Source: Abditibacteriaceae bacterium
GTDB lineage: Bacteria; Armatimonadota; Abditibacteriia; Abditibacteriales; Abditibacteriaceae
Assembly: GCA_965277285.1 (NCBI GenBank)
Contig: OZ255721.1
Location: forward strand, 3,713,651-3,777,650
Direction of reading: 5' to 3'
DNA length: 64,000 bases
A model generated the notes under the pieces. That model was not told the origin of the DNA. It saw only the letters and a program-made list of their open reading frames with translations, and searched no databases. Positions 37,970 through 47,771 of this stretch are shown piece after piece. A program made the translations under genes and the position numbers. Each line of letters starts with the position of its first letter. Position 1 is the first letter of the stretch.

Positions 37970-38464
37970 TCAGGTTTCTACGTTGTCTTCCTCCTGCTCC
38001 CGTAACAATTCGAGCAATTGGCTGGCGAACGTTTTTGTTTCTGCGTCTTTCTGCGGATGAGCAATAATAGCATGGATCAGCGGAAGAAGTTTTTCTATTT
38101 CTTGTGCGAGAAGCGCACTCACTTTTGTTCGATAACTGTTTGAATCTTCTATGTACTCGTATCCAGGTTCTGGCGAGAAGCAAGTGCCGAGTTCCATCAA
38201 TGCGTTGAGAACACCAACTTGTGACGAATTGCTACCGTCTGTGAGAATCTCACTGAGAAAAGTAAACGTATGGAGAACCGCTGGATAGTACGTTCCCGCG
38301 TGATTATTGCCAACCGCAGATAAAAAGTCCATGTAAGCATCGTGCCAACCCGATTCGTAATTGCAAGCAGCTAACTTGAGTAACGAATTTGGAATAGCGT
38401 CCGCTTTGTTCCATTCTGGTTGAGAGAGCAGCGCCCATTGAATTGTGTCCAAGGTTTCAAGCAT
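37970..38464 (-). CDS. Hypothetical all-helical protein
   Basis: ORF starting at MLETLD. AT-richer than the core genes. No motif recognised. Confidence 0.5.
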   Translation of the reverse strand: MLETLDTIQWALLSQPEWNKADAIPNSLLKLAACNYESGWHDAYMDFLSAVGNNHAGTYYPAVLHTFTFLSEILTDGSNSSQVGVLNALMELGTCFSPEPGYEYIEDSNSYRTKVSALLAQEIEKLLPLIHAIIAHPQKDAETKTFASQLLELLREQEEDNVET

Positions 38465-38513
38465 GAGCGGAGTTTTACCTAATCCCTGACACAGAAAATG
38501 TTGTAGGCGGAAC

Positions 38514-38551
38514 TGTCGTTGTGCAATTGAGTACTCGATTGCACAACGACA
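38514..38551. terminator. 38-bp palindrome (one T.G mismatch) centred on TTGAGTACTCGA
   Basis: TGTCGTTGTGCAATTGAGT|ACTCGATTGCACAACGACA, between two minus-strand genes. Confidence 0.75.
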
Positions 38552-38561
38552 ATTAATCTTT

Positions 38562-39440
38562 TCAGAAAGCGGCTGCAAATTCCTTTGCAAAATCTTCCAG
38601 CTTGACTTTGCCCATAACTACTGAATTTTGCAGCCTATAATCCTGTTGCAATAGGCCGCTGTGAATACTGGCGCCCATTTCAACAAAGAGGGCGGCAATT
38701 TCTGCTGGCAGACCGTGCTGTTCCATACCGCTTTGCATTTGCTCATCGGTGAAAGTCATCCATTGTAAATCCGGCTTGCCAATGGCCGCACCTAAGATGT
38801 GAGCTGCCTCGTTAGCCGTATATTCGCCGCTTGCTACGTAACGCACGTTCTGGCCAGTCGAGGGAGTTGTTAATTCTTCGGCAGCGACGGCGGCAATGTC
38901 TGTGGGGGCAACCATCAGAATCTTGTCGTCACCGCCATAATTTGCGCCAATAAAGCCCTGCCCTTTGATCATATCGGCAAAGTTGAGAAGATTGGTGTAG
39001 AAGTAGGCCGGGCGCAGATGCGTGATGGCGACTTCTGGCAACTCGTTCAAAATGCCTTCGACATCGTGAGCGCCGAGAATTGGGCCTGTGCCTTTGTCTA
39101 AATGAGCGCCAATGCTGCTGAGATGAACCACGCGCTTTAAGCCCGCCCGTTGGATTGCCTGCGCATAGCTGTTGCCGATGCTCCGGTAATACGCTCTCGG
39201 ATCGGGCACGGAAAAGTTCGGCGGCGTCATCGCATATACGGCATCGGCGCCGGAGAAGGTGGACGCCAGGAAATCTGCGTCTTCCACGGAGCCAATGGCA
39301 GCGGTGGCGCCCAGGGCTTCGATGTCTTTTTGCTTTTCCGCCTTGCTGCTGATCACCGTAACCGTATGACCTTTTTGCACTAATTCTTGTGTCAATGGCT
39401 TGCTGATGTTTCCCAGCGAACCTGTTACTATAATTTTCAT
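38562..39440 (-). CDS. NmrA-like NAD(P)H-binding oxidoreductase
   Basis: MKIIVTGSLGNISKPLTQELVQKGHTVTVISS (Rossmann GxxGxxG variant). Confidence 0.85.
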   Translation of the reverse strand: MKIIVTGSLGNISKPLTQELVQKGHTVTVISSKAEKQKDIEALGATAAIGSVEDADFLASTFSGADAVYAMTPPNFSVPDPRAYYRSIGNSYAQAIQRAGLKRVVHLSSIGAHLDKGTGPILGAHDVEGILNELPEVAITHLRPAYFYTNLLNFADMIKGQGFIGANYGGDDKILMVAPTDIAAVAAEELTTPSTGQNVRYVASGEYTANEAAHILGAAIGKPDLQWMTFTDEQMQSGMEQHGLPAEIAALFVEMGASIHSGLLQQDYRLQNSVVMGKVKLEDFAKEFAAAF

Positions 39441-39515
39441 CGGTAGTTCCTTTTGTTTGCAAAAGTTTCGTTTTCTGTCTTTATCGCAACCCTCCTTTAG
39501 CATACCTTAGCGAAC

Positions 39516-39539
39516 CGATTATCGAGTACTCGATAATCG
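39516..39539. repeat. 24-bp perfect palindrome centred on TCGAGTACTCGA in a divergent promoter region
   Basis: CGATTATCGAGT|ACTCGATAATCG, between the divergent starts at 39440 and 39584. Confidence 0.85.
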
Positions 39540-39583
39540 ATTTTGCGCGTTTGTCACTCACATCAGATGTAAAATAAACATCT

Positions 39584-40906
39584 ATGACAAAGGTTTCGGT
39601 GCGTCGCAAGATTTCGTTGACGAAGACGGATTGGTTGGCGGCTCTGGTGGGCGGCGTTGGTGGCTTTCTCGGGTTTATCGTTGCCAGTATTGCGATGAGT
39701 CCTTTTTTTGCAGAATCGGGATTGCACTTTAGAAGTCTGGGGCAGGCGTTGCTTTATGCTTCTATGTTGTCGATGGTTTCGGGCGCAGTTCTTAGTTGCG
39801 TCATTTTGGCGTTTGATAACACGCAAAGTTTGCGCGGAAAATGGCATCGTGATTTATTGCGAGGCTTGCCGTTATTTGCCACTTTCGGATTCCTGAGCGG
39901 CGGCGTTGGTCAGTTGGTTTTTTCGCTGATACCGCTGACGCGCGCCGGAGCGTGGATTTTGATCGGCACCAGCATCGGCGTTGGCATCGGCTTGCTGCGG
40001 CGCGACAAAGTACAGGCCAAGCAAGGTGCGCTGGGCGGCGCGCTGGGCGGTCTCATCGGCGGCGTGCTGGTCGATGTGATTATGCGTTTTTCCTTTACTG
40101 AAGGCGCGCTCGCCTGGGGAACGTTGTTCGGCATCATCATTATTGGCGCGTTGATCGCTTTGGTGATGCGATTGGTGCAAAGCGCGTTCAGGGAAGCGTG
40201 GCTGGTCGGCGTTTCGACCGGGCCGTATGAAGGCAAAACCTATCCCTTGAACACCGAACGCGTGACGGTCGGGCGCTCGGAGGGGAACAATATCTCGCTT
40301 TATCGCGCGTCCGAGTTGCAAATGCAAAGTGGCGCGCTGGTTTTTCAAAATGGGAAATGGTCGTGGCAGGGCGAACCTGTCGAAATCAACGGGCAAAGGC
40401 AGACCAATGTCGAATTGCAAGCGGAAGATTCGCTGCGTTTCGGCGGCACGACTTTCCGTTTCAAACTGCGCTCTGGAGAACCATCAACAGCGCGGCAATT
40501 GCCCGATGTCGCCCCGATTCCTACAATTGCTCCGGCGTTTGCGCCTCAATCAACCGCGAATGTTGTTCCTCCGATGCCGATGCGTTCATCGAATAGTTCC
40601 ATAAATGCAAACAATCCGGTGTGGATTTTTAGCGGTTCAGATTATCTGACGAGAACCTTGACTTCGCCGATGCAACTGCGTTTGGGACGCGCGCCGCACA
40701 ACGACATCGTGCTGGAAGACATCAGCGCTTCGGGCGAACACGCTTTGATTGAAGCGCAGGGCGATTTCGTCAAAGTGACCGATTTAGGTTCGACGAACGG
40801 AACTTTCATCAACGACCGCAAACTACGCAGCGGCGTAGCGACCTTGTTGCGCGAAGGCGACCAATTGCTGATCGGACGCCTTCAGTACACGATTCGGCGC
40901 CAATGA
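39584..40906 (+). CDS. Membrane protein with two C-terminal FHA domains
   Basis: Several N-terminal TM helices. FHA 1 contains VTVGRSEGNNISL. FHA 2 contains LRLGRAPHNDIVLEDISASGEHALI...DLGSTNGTFIN. Confidence 0.85.
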   Translation: MTKVSVRRKISLTKTDWLAALVGGVGGFLGFIVASIAMSPFFAESGLHFRSLGQALLYASMLSMVSGAVLSCVILAFDNTQSLRGKWHRDLLRGLPLFATFGFLSGGVGQLVFSLIPLTRAGAWILIGTSIGVGIGLLRRDKVQAKQGALGGALGGLIGGVLVDVIMRFSFTEGALAWGTLFGIIIIGALIALVMRLVQSAFREAWLVGVSTGPYEGKTYPLNTERVTVGRSEGNNISLYRASELQMQSGALVFQNGKWSWQGEPVEINGQRQTNVELQAEDSLRFGGTTFRFKLRSGEPSTARQLPDVAPIPTIAPAFAPQSTANVVPPMPMRSSNSSINANNPVWIFSGSDYLTRTLTSPMQLRLGRAPHNDIVLEDISASGEHALIEAQGDFVKVTDLGSTNGTFINDRKLRSGVATLLREGDQLLIGRLQYTIRRQ

Positions 40907-41043
40907 CTAAACGCCAATCGAGTACTCGATACTCAACTTTTGAAGGGCGTGAGCAAAGCGCGCCGGAACGTTCTGACATGCGGGACGTTGGCTTTGCGGT
41001 TCGTAAAACTTAAGCAAGATTTTTCTTATTTCATTTCTTCTGA

Positions 41044-42309
41044 ATGCTCTTTTTTCAACGCTTCGCACGGCCTCGATTTGCTCGACTTTTCCATTGCAGT
41101 TTTCTTCTGTTAATTTTCGGTTCGGTTTTTTCTCCCGTTCACGCCGATTCTTCAACGACAAATTTGGCGAATGCAGTTTCTTCGACCGTAACTTCGCAAG
41201 AGTTTTCGCTGCCCAGTCAGTCGCCGAGCGGTGACGCTGTTGATGATCGCATCTGGTTTACCTGGTACGAACCGGCGGACGTGCAGGCAAATGGGCAAAG
41301 CCGCATTCCTGCTGTTATATTGCTGCACTATCTGGGCACGACCAACAACCGCGAAATGGAAAAATTCGGGCGTTACCTCGCCGGACGTGGCATCGCAGCC
41401 GCCGTGATGACGCTGCCATTTCACATGAAGCGCTTGCCGCCTGGCGATAGCGCCGCGCGACATTATTTTGCGTCCAGCCCCGATGTCGGCGTGCAGGCAT
41501 TCCGTCAGGCGTCTTCCGATGTTTCAACGGTTATAACGTGGATGTTGTGTCATCCTGAAATCGACCCACAGCGCGTTGGCATTGCGGGAATTAGTTTAGG
41601 CGCGATTGTGACGCACCTGGCGATGGGGCAAGACGAACGCTTGAGCGCTGGTGTCGCCATGCTGGGCGCGGGCGACTTGCCGGAAATTTATCGTCACAGC
41701 GTTGTCGGACGCTTGTTTTTCCACACCAACCCCAAACTCCTCAATGCCGCAGCCATCGCCAAAGTGCGCGAAATCGATCCTTTGACTTATGCGAATCGCA
41801 ATCGGCCTCGTCATGTGTTGATGATTGAGGCGGCGCGCGATTCGTTCATTCCACGTCGTGCGGCAGAAAATACCTGGAATGCGCTTGGTCGTCCGCCGAT
41901 TCAGTGGATCGACACCAATCATCCGGCGCTGTCGCTGGTGCCAAGTCAAGCGATGCGAACCACGACCGCTTACCTCGAAAGTGTGTGGAATGGTTCTGCG
42001 AACGATTCCAACGGCGCATCGAGTACTCGAAACGATTTGCAAAATGTGCCGAAACTGCGCGTCCCAACGATTACGACCGGCGTCATTTTTGGGCTGGATT
42101 CTGTCGTTACACCCGCTGTTCAATGGCAGGCTTTTTCGCTGGGAACGCGCAACCACATAGCGCTGCTACACGCTGATCTGGGATTGAGCGGGCGCGGCCC
42201 ATTTGTCGGTTTGGCCGCGACGGTCAATGAATACGCCGATATTGGGCTGGGGCGCCGCTTCGCCGGACACGACATCAAACCTTACGTTTCGCTGCACATC
42301 GCGTTTTGA
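41044..42309 (+). CDS. Secreted alpha/beta hydrolase
   Basis: Signal peptide, GISLGA nucleophile elbow (GxSxG), and dienelactone hydrolase/peptidase S9-like layout. Confidence 0.8.
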   Translation: MLFFQRFARPRFARLFHCSFLLLIFGSVFSPVHADSSTTNLANAVSSTVTSQEFSLPSQSPSGDAVDDRIWFTWYEPADVQANGQSRIPAVILLHYLGTTNNREMEKFGRYLAGRGIAAAVMTLPFHMKRLPPGDSAARHYFASSPDVGVQAFRQASSDVSTVITWMLCHPEIDPQRVGIAGISLGAIVTHLAMGQDERLSAGVAMLGAGDLPEIYRHSVVGRLFFHTNPKLLNAAAIAKVREIDPLTYANRNRPRHVLMIEAARDSFIPRRAAENTWNALGRPPIQWIDTNHPALSLVPSQAMRTTTAYLESVWNGSANDSNGASSTRNDLQNVPKLRVPTITTGVIFGLDSVVTPAVQWQAFSLGTRNHIALLHADLGLSGRGPFVGLAATVNEYADIGLGRRFAGHDIKPYVSLHIAF

Positions 42310-42310
42310 A

Positions 42311-42400
42311 GAAGAACCGCCAAGACGCCAAGAGAAAGAGACGTTGAGTACTCGATCTAAAACTCTTTCTCTTGGCGTTCTTGGCGTCTTGGCGGTTCTT
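42311..42400. repeat. Imperfect long hairpin with a near-copy of the 12-mer in its loop
   Basis: GAAGAACCGCCAAGACGCCAAGAGAAAGAG ... CTCTTTCTCTTGGCGTTCTTGGCGTCTTGGCGGTTCTT. The loop contains TTGAGTACTCGA (42344). Confidence 0.8.
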
Positions 42401-44170
42401 TTATTTCGCGGCTTTTCGCGTTTTTCGCGGGCTGCTTTTAGGCGCCGCACCGTTTCGAGTACTCGATGTGTCGCCAACTCCATTCAAAAGTTCGCGGGCG
42501 TGGCGCAGGTTGGCTTCGCTTTCGTGACCCATCATGCGCGCCATTTCCCGCACGCGATCTTCGCCTTCCATTGGAATCACACTGACGCGCGTTTGCTCCT
42601 CGTCACTTTCCTTGAGCACGCGATATTGATGATCGGCGCGCCGCGCGATTTGCGGCAAGTGCGTCACGCAAAACACCTGGAAACCGCGCGCCAATTCGCG
42701 CATTTTTTCGCCAACGGCTTCGGCTGTGACGCCGCCGATTCCCGTGTCCACTTCGTCGAAAATGAGAACCGGAATCACGCCGCTTGCGGGTTCGTCGTTG
42801 GTGGGCGCGAACAAAGCCGAGCGCAGCGACAACATAACGCGCGAGATTTCGCCGCCCGACGCGATGCGCGCCAGAGGACGCAAAGGCGTGCCAGGATTGG
42901 CGGAAAACAAAAACTCGACCTTGTCAACTCCATCGGCAGAACCGCTTTCGTCGCGCTCGAAGCCGACTTGAAAGCGCGTTTTCTCCATCGCCAAAGTCTT
43001 GAGATGCGCGACGACGCCATCCTCAAAACTCTTCGCCAAAGTCTTGCGCGACTGCGACAACTTTTCGGATTCCGTCTCGAATTTCTGGTGCAGTTTGTCG
43101 GCTTCACCGCGCAAAAGTTCGAGTTCGCCTTCGGAAATGTTCAAGCCGGAAAGCTCTTCTTCAATCCGCGCGCGATATTCGAGTACTCGATCCAGGCTGT
43201 CGCCATATTTGCGCTTCAAGCGGTTCAATCGCTGCAAGCGCGCTTCGATTTCATCCAATCGCAAAGGATCGGCGTCAAGCGAATCGGCGTAAGCGCGCGC
43301 CTGCGCCGCCGCATCTTCTATCTCATAGATTGCGCTTTGCAATTCTGCTGTCCATTCACTAACGCTGCCGTCCACGTTTTCGATTTCACGCGCCGCTTTG
43401 AGTGCGAAATTAAGCAATGTTGTGGCGCCCGCTTCTTCGCCGCCCAGCAATGCGTCGCGGCAACGGGCCGCTGCGTCGCGCAGTTTTTCGGCGTTCATCA
43501 AGCGCGCACGTTCGTCCTGCAATTGTTCGTCTTCGCCTTTTTCCGGCGCGATGCCGTCAATTTCCTGCGCTTGAAAACTCAACATATCCAAACGCTGCGC
43601 GCGGTTTTGCTCGCTGGAAGACAGTTCGTGCAAGCGTTTCTGGCTGGCGCGCCAATTCGAGTACTCGATTCGGACTTTTTCGCGCAGATTCTGATGTTCT
43701 TTGTCGCCAAACTGGTCGAGAAACCCCCGATGCGTTTCGGGTCGCAACAAAACCTGATGATCGTGCTGGCCGTGCAAATCGACCAGCAAATTGCCCAGAT
43801 CACGTAATGTCGAGGCATTCGCCAATTGTCCATTAATACGAATGCGGCTGCGCCCATCGCTGGAAACTTCGCGCGCGATGACGAGTTCTGGGTCATCTGC
43901 AGGAAAATCGTTGTCGCGCAAAAATTGGTGTGCCAAAGGCGCGCGAGAAAGGTCGAAAGCGCCTTCGACACGCGCGCGACGAACGCCGTTGTCTTCGATT
44001 TTGCCGACCTGATCGGACGTCGAACGCTCGCCGACGAGCAAGCCCAGCGCGTGAATCAGGATCGATTTTCCGGCGCCCGTTTCGCCTGTCAGGACGTTGA
44101 GGCCAGCGCCAAATTGCACTTCGGCGCGTTCGATGAGCGCCAGATTTTGAATGCGAAGTTCAAGCAGCAT
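42401..44170 (-). CDS. recN: DNA repair protein RecN
   Basis: MLLELRIQNLALIERAEVQFGAGLNVLTGETGAGKSIL, an SMC-like coiled coil, and C-terminal LIFDEVDTGIGG. Confidence 0.92.
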   Translation of the reverse strand: MLLELRIQNLALIERAEVQFGAGLNVLTGETGAGKSILIHALGLLVGERSTSDQVGKIEDNGVRRARVEGAFDLSRAPLAHQFLRDNDFPADDPELVIAREVSSDGRSRIRINGQLANASTLRDLGNLLVDLHGQHDHQVLLRPETHRGFLDQFGDKEHQNLREKVRIEYSNWRASQKRLHELSSSEQNRAQRLDMLSFQAQEIDGIAPEKGEDEQLQDERARLMNAEKLRDAAARCRDALLGGEEAGATTLLNFALKAAREIENVDGSVSEWTAELQSAIYEIEDAAAQARAYADSLDADPLRLDEIEARLQRLNRLKRKYGDSLDRVLEYRARIEEELSGLNISEGELELLRGEADKLHQKFETESEKLSQSRKTLAKSFEDGVVAHLKTLAMEKTRFQVGFERDESGSADGVDKVEFLFSANPGTPLRPLARIASGGEISRVMLSLRSALFAPTNDEPASGVIPVLIFDEVDTGIGGVTAEAVGEKMRELARGFQVFCVTHLPQIARRADHQYRVLKESDEEQTRVSVIPMEGEDRVREMARMMGHESEANLRHARELLNGVGDTSSTRNGAAPKSSPRKTRKAAK

Positions 44171-44193
44171 AACAAACTTTATTTGACACCAGC

Positions 44194-45387
44194 TTACCGT
44201 ATTAACGAGATGCGGAAGAGGCAAACGGTGAAGGCACAGAATAAAAAAATGGAGCGTGTTCGCAGGGATGCAGCCATCACGATAAGCGCACCCAAAATAT
44301 AAATTTCGGAAAAGGCGCGGATGAAATGGATATCGCGTATCAATACTTCATTGCTGAGCGAGACGAAGAGCAAGGCGCAGAGAAACCAGGCCCACTTGAT
44401 TTCGCGCGAAATTGTTGAACGCCGTTGTTGCCAAGAAACAGCAAGAACGAAGAACAGACAAAGCCATAATTCAGGCGTGGTGATCTCGATACGTCCCTGA
44501 GACACGAACGGGGAGAAGAGCACAGGCAGAAGTGTTTGAAACGGCAGGCCCAGGTTATGCCCACCTACCCGAACAGGGAAAACACCCCACACATTTTTCA
44601 AGATGATCTGAACCGCCGCATAAACGGCCAGTGGGGCGAACAAAGTAAGTTTTTGAGGATTAAGCGCGCGCCGTTTGAGGATATCAGGGGCATTCAGAGA
44701 CAGGACTGCTGCAAAGATAATCGGGAGTGAGGTTTCCTTCGCCAGAACTGAGAGCGAAAGGACGAGAGAAGCCGCAATCCAGCGCTGACGTTGTACAAGA
44801 TATAAACCCAGCAAGACGCAGGCGATCTCGACAATTTCCGTCAAATCGCTGAGGAAAGAAAACATAAAGCCAAGATGCATAATGCATAAAACGCCCCAGA
44901 ACGCGTGTTTCCCCAACTCCTTAGCCCAGCATCCGCCAAGAAAACCGATCAAGCAAAAAGCCAGGACGTTGATTCCAATGAGAACGAGAGGAAGAGCCGC
45001 AGCTTGTCCGAAGGAAAGACACCAGGCCAGTAAAGGATAAAGAATACGCTGCTGACGATACGGCGGATTATCCAGAGTAATGCCATAAGCCGTTCGAGTA
45101 CTCGAAAATGGATTAAGCGCCAGGCGATAATAAAATTGCCCATCATTACCAGCAGCCTTGGGAGCGATCGGAAAGCTCTCACCTAAAACGTTCTTGTCTG
45201 ACCAAAGTGAACCGGCGACAATGAACTGGCGCGCATCCATGTTGCGGCGTGAAAAAACCCACCCCCCTAATAAAAATGCGAATAGGAGAGCAATGAACGC
45301 TGGCAGCAAAGGTGTATTAAGTTTGTGAAGCAAAGCGGCATCGCGGCTACTACGTTTGGCGATTGCGGCATTGGAACTGTTTGTCAT
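44194..45387 (-). CDS. Polytopic membrane protein adjacent to a GT2 gene (possible glycan-related)
   Basis: At least 9 hydrophobic segments. The functional suggestion rests on gene neighbourhood only. Confidence 0.65.
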   Translation of the reverse strand: MTNSSNAAIAKRSSRDAALLHKLNTPLLPAFIALLFAFLLGGWVFSRRNMDARQFIVAGSLWSDKNVLGESFPIAPKAAGNDGQFYYRLALNPFSSTRTAYGITLDNPPYRQQRILYPLLAWCLSFGQAAALPLVLIGINVLAFCLIGFLGGCWAKELGKHAFWGVLCIMHLGFMFSFLSDLTEIVEIACVLLGLYLVQRQRWIAASLVLSLSVLAKETSLPIIFAAVLSLNAPDILKRRALNPQKLTLFAPLAVYAAVQIILKNVWGVFPVRVGGHNLGLPFQTLLPVLFSPFVSQGRIEITTPELWLCLFFVLAVSWQQRRSTISREIKWAWFLCALLFVSLSNEVLIRDIHFIRAFSEIYILGALIVMAASLRTRSIFLFCAFTVCLFRISLIR

Positions 45388-45414
45388 GGCGTGTTATCTT
45401 TGCGCAACGCTTCT

Positions 45415-46122
45415 TCATTTTGTGTGACTGTCAATCGCTCTTGAGGTGTTGTATTTAAGGATGCACCAGACTGCACGCACGCCGTCGCGCCAGCCGATTT
45501 TCTTCCCTTCTTTATAATTTCTTCCGTGATAAGAAATGCCGATCTCGTAAATGCGACATTCCATTTGCGCGACCTTGGCGGTGATTTCCGGTTCAAATCC
45601 GAAACGCTCTTCTTCAATTGTGATGCTTTGAATAATCTCGCGGCGAAACGCTTTGTAACACGTTTCCATGTCGGTCAGGTTGAGATTGGTGAAAGCGTTG
45701 GATAACGTTGTCAGAAAACGATTCCCCAGAAAATGCCAGAAAAACAGCACTCGATGAGGCCCGTCTCCCGTGAAGCGCGAACCATAAACTACATCCGCGT
45801 CACCCTCTAAAAACGGTTGAAGTAGCTTCGCATACTCGCGCGGATCATATTCCAAATCGGCGTCTTGAATCAAAACGATATCGCCCTGCGCCTGCGCGAT
45901 TCCCGTGCGAAGCGCTGCGCCTTTGCCGCGATTTTGTTGATGCAGGAAAGCGCGCACATTGGGAAGTTTGACCAAGTCCTGCAGCTTGTCGCGCGTGCCA
46001 TCGGTTGAGCCGTCATCGACAAGAATAATTTCTGTGTCGAAAGGCGTCGCGCGAATACGTCGCACAATCTCTTCCACCGTTTGAACTTCATTATAAACCG
46101 GCACTATCACCGAAACTTTCAC
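45415..46122 (-). CDS. Family 2 glycosyltransferase (polyprenol-phosphate sugar transferase-like)
   Basis: [21 protein letters not shown] and [11 protein letters not shown] motifs. Confidence 0.9.
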   Translation of the reverse strand: MKVSVIVPVYNEVQTVEEIVRRIRATPFDTEIILVDDGSTDGTRDKLQDLVKLPNVRAFLHQQNRGKGAALRTGIAQAQGDIVLIQDADLEYDPREYAKLLQPFLEGDADVVYGSRFTGDGPHRVLFFWHFLGNRFLTTLSNAFTNLNLTDMETCYKAFRREIIQSITIEEERFGFEPEITAKVAQMECRIYEIGISYHGRNYKEGKKIGWRDGVRAVWCILKYNTSRAIDSHTK

Positions 46123-46304
46123 GCGCAGCCTTTTAATTGATTTCGCAAATTTTCAATACTCGAAAGCACCGTTCAACACTTTTCTCTATTGTCTAACGGC
46201 ATAGCCTACAAGTCGTTCGATCGCGACGGAGTATATAATCTTTGTTACGTCTCTATTGCAGAACTTCGCCATCATTCCTGTTTTTATCTCGCTCCAGTGT
46301 TCCG

Positions 46305-46640
46305 TCATCTTTCGGGATCAGTGATATTGACCCAGCGTCCCCACTCGGAAACTTTCGGCGACGCTTTCAGCGTGATGCCGAATGTGTGCAAAGCGGCTAA
46401 AACACTGTTGAGAGAATCAACTGTGAAACCTGGCATCGTCGCGCCTGCCGCTTTGGATTCGCCTGGCGCGCCAGCTTTTGCCGGATAAATTTCGAGAACG
46501 TAATGTTGCAAATCACAGGAAAAATGCACTGGGCCGGAACCGTGTTGTTCTTGAACGAAGACGCAGCCGAGAGCGCGATAAAACCGCAAAGTCGCTTCGA
46601 TGTCGGCGGCGCGCAAGACGAGCAAAGAAAGCGAAAGCAT
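46305..46640 (-). CDS. VOC/glyoxalase-family small protein
   Basis: LSLLVLRAADIEATLRFYRALG is a typical VOC N-terminus. 111 aa. Confidence 0.75.
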   Translation of the reverse strand: MLSLSLLVLRAADIEATLRFYRALGCVFVQEQHGSGPVHFSCDLQHYVLEIYPAKAGAPGESKAAGATMPGFTVDSLNSVLAALHTFGITLKASPKVSEWGRWVNITDPER

Positions 46641-46685
46641 TTTTATATCGAGTACTCGAAGCTGTAATGGTCTGTTATCAACCCA

Positions 46686-46756
46686 CAGAACCCCAAGCGT
46701 GAGCGCGGGGCTGAACTTACAGTTACTTTAGCCCCGCGCTCACGCTTGGGGTTCTG
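46686..46756. repeat. REP/MITE-like hairpin repeat, family R1 (copy D)
   Basis: CAGAACCCCAAGCGTGAGCGCGGGGCT...AGCCCCGCGCTCACGCTTGGGGTTCTG. Confidence 0.85.
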
Positions 46757-46763
46757 CAAAAAC

Positions 46764-47678
46764 TCAATGTCCCCAGCGCATTTTTTCGCGCAGGCGGGCG
46801 TAAAAGCTGTCGTTGGGTGAGCGCAAAAGGCGCGTGACAATGGGAGCGCGACGGATGCGCACGCGGTCGCCGCTTTTGAGTTGAACGCCGACTTGTCCAT
46901 CGACTGTCAGCATCGCTTCGATTTCCGCATTGGACACTTCTTCTCCGCGCCATTGCGCCAGAACTTCAATTGTTTCGTGAGCGCCGACAACCAGAGGCCG
47001 TTGAGTTAAAGAATGCGCGCAAATTGGACAAATCAGGAAAATGGGCGCGTCCGGCGTTGTAATCGGGCCGCCAGCGGAAAGCGCGTAAGCCGTCGAGCCG
47101 GTTGGCGTGGAAATCACCAGGCCATCGGAGCGCACTTCGGCGACCAGTTCGCCCTCGACATAAATCGAAAGTTCGAGGATGCGCGCCAACGCGCTTTTGG
47201 CGACAACGGCATCGTTTAAGCCGATGATGCGCTCGCTGGTTGGCGCGTCCAGGCCAGCTGTAGGTTTTCCCGTACTGAAAGGCGCGCCTTCGCGCAGAAC
47301 TTGCGCTTCCAACATGGTGCGCTCTTCCACCAGAAATTCGTCGCGCAAAAGCTGCTCGAAGGCCGTGTCCAAATCTTCCGGCCTGACGGTGGAAAGAAAC
47401 CCCAGGCGTCCCAAATCGACGGCTAAAATTGGTGTTCCGTGAGGTGCCGCAGCGCGCGCCGCTGACAGAACGCCGCCATCGCCGGACAAGACGACGACGG
47501 CTTCGCAGCGCGCGACTTTGTCGTCATCGCCCGCTAAATCGGCACGATTGATGGACGCCGCGCATGATTCTTCAATGCACACGCGCAATCCGCGCGCTTC
47601 GGCGAGTTGCACTAATCGCGCGGCCAGTTCCCACGCTTGAGGCTTGAACGGCGCCGCGAAAATTCCAATTGAACGCAT
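46764..47678 (-). CDS. nadK: NAD+ kinase
   Basis: GDGGVLSAAR, NDAVV and STPTGSTAYALSAGGP motifs. Confidence 0.92.
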   Translation of the reverse strand: MRSIGIFAAPFKPQAWELAARLVQLAEARGLRVCIEESCAASINRADLAGDDDKVARCEAVVVLSGDGGVLSAARAAAPHGTPILAVDLGRLGFLSTVRPEDLDTAFEQLLRDEFLVEERTMLEAQVLREGAPFSTGKPTAGLDAPTSERIIGLNDAVVAKSALARILELSIYVEGELVAEVRSDGLVISTPTGSTAYALSAGGPITTPDAPIFLICPICAHSLTQRPLVVGAHETIEVLAQWRGEEVSNAEIEAMLTVDGQVGVQLKSGDRVRIRRAPIVTRLLRSPNDSFYARLREKMRWGH

Positions 47679-47771
47679 GAGAGAAAGGATGAAGGATGAG
47701 AGATGAAGGATGAAATCGAGTACTCGAACGCCGTTACTCGTCCCTCATTCCTTCCACCACGTGCCTTGCTA

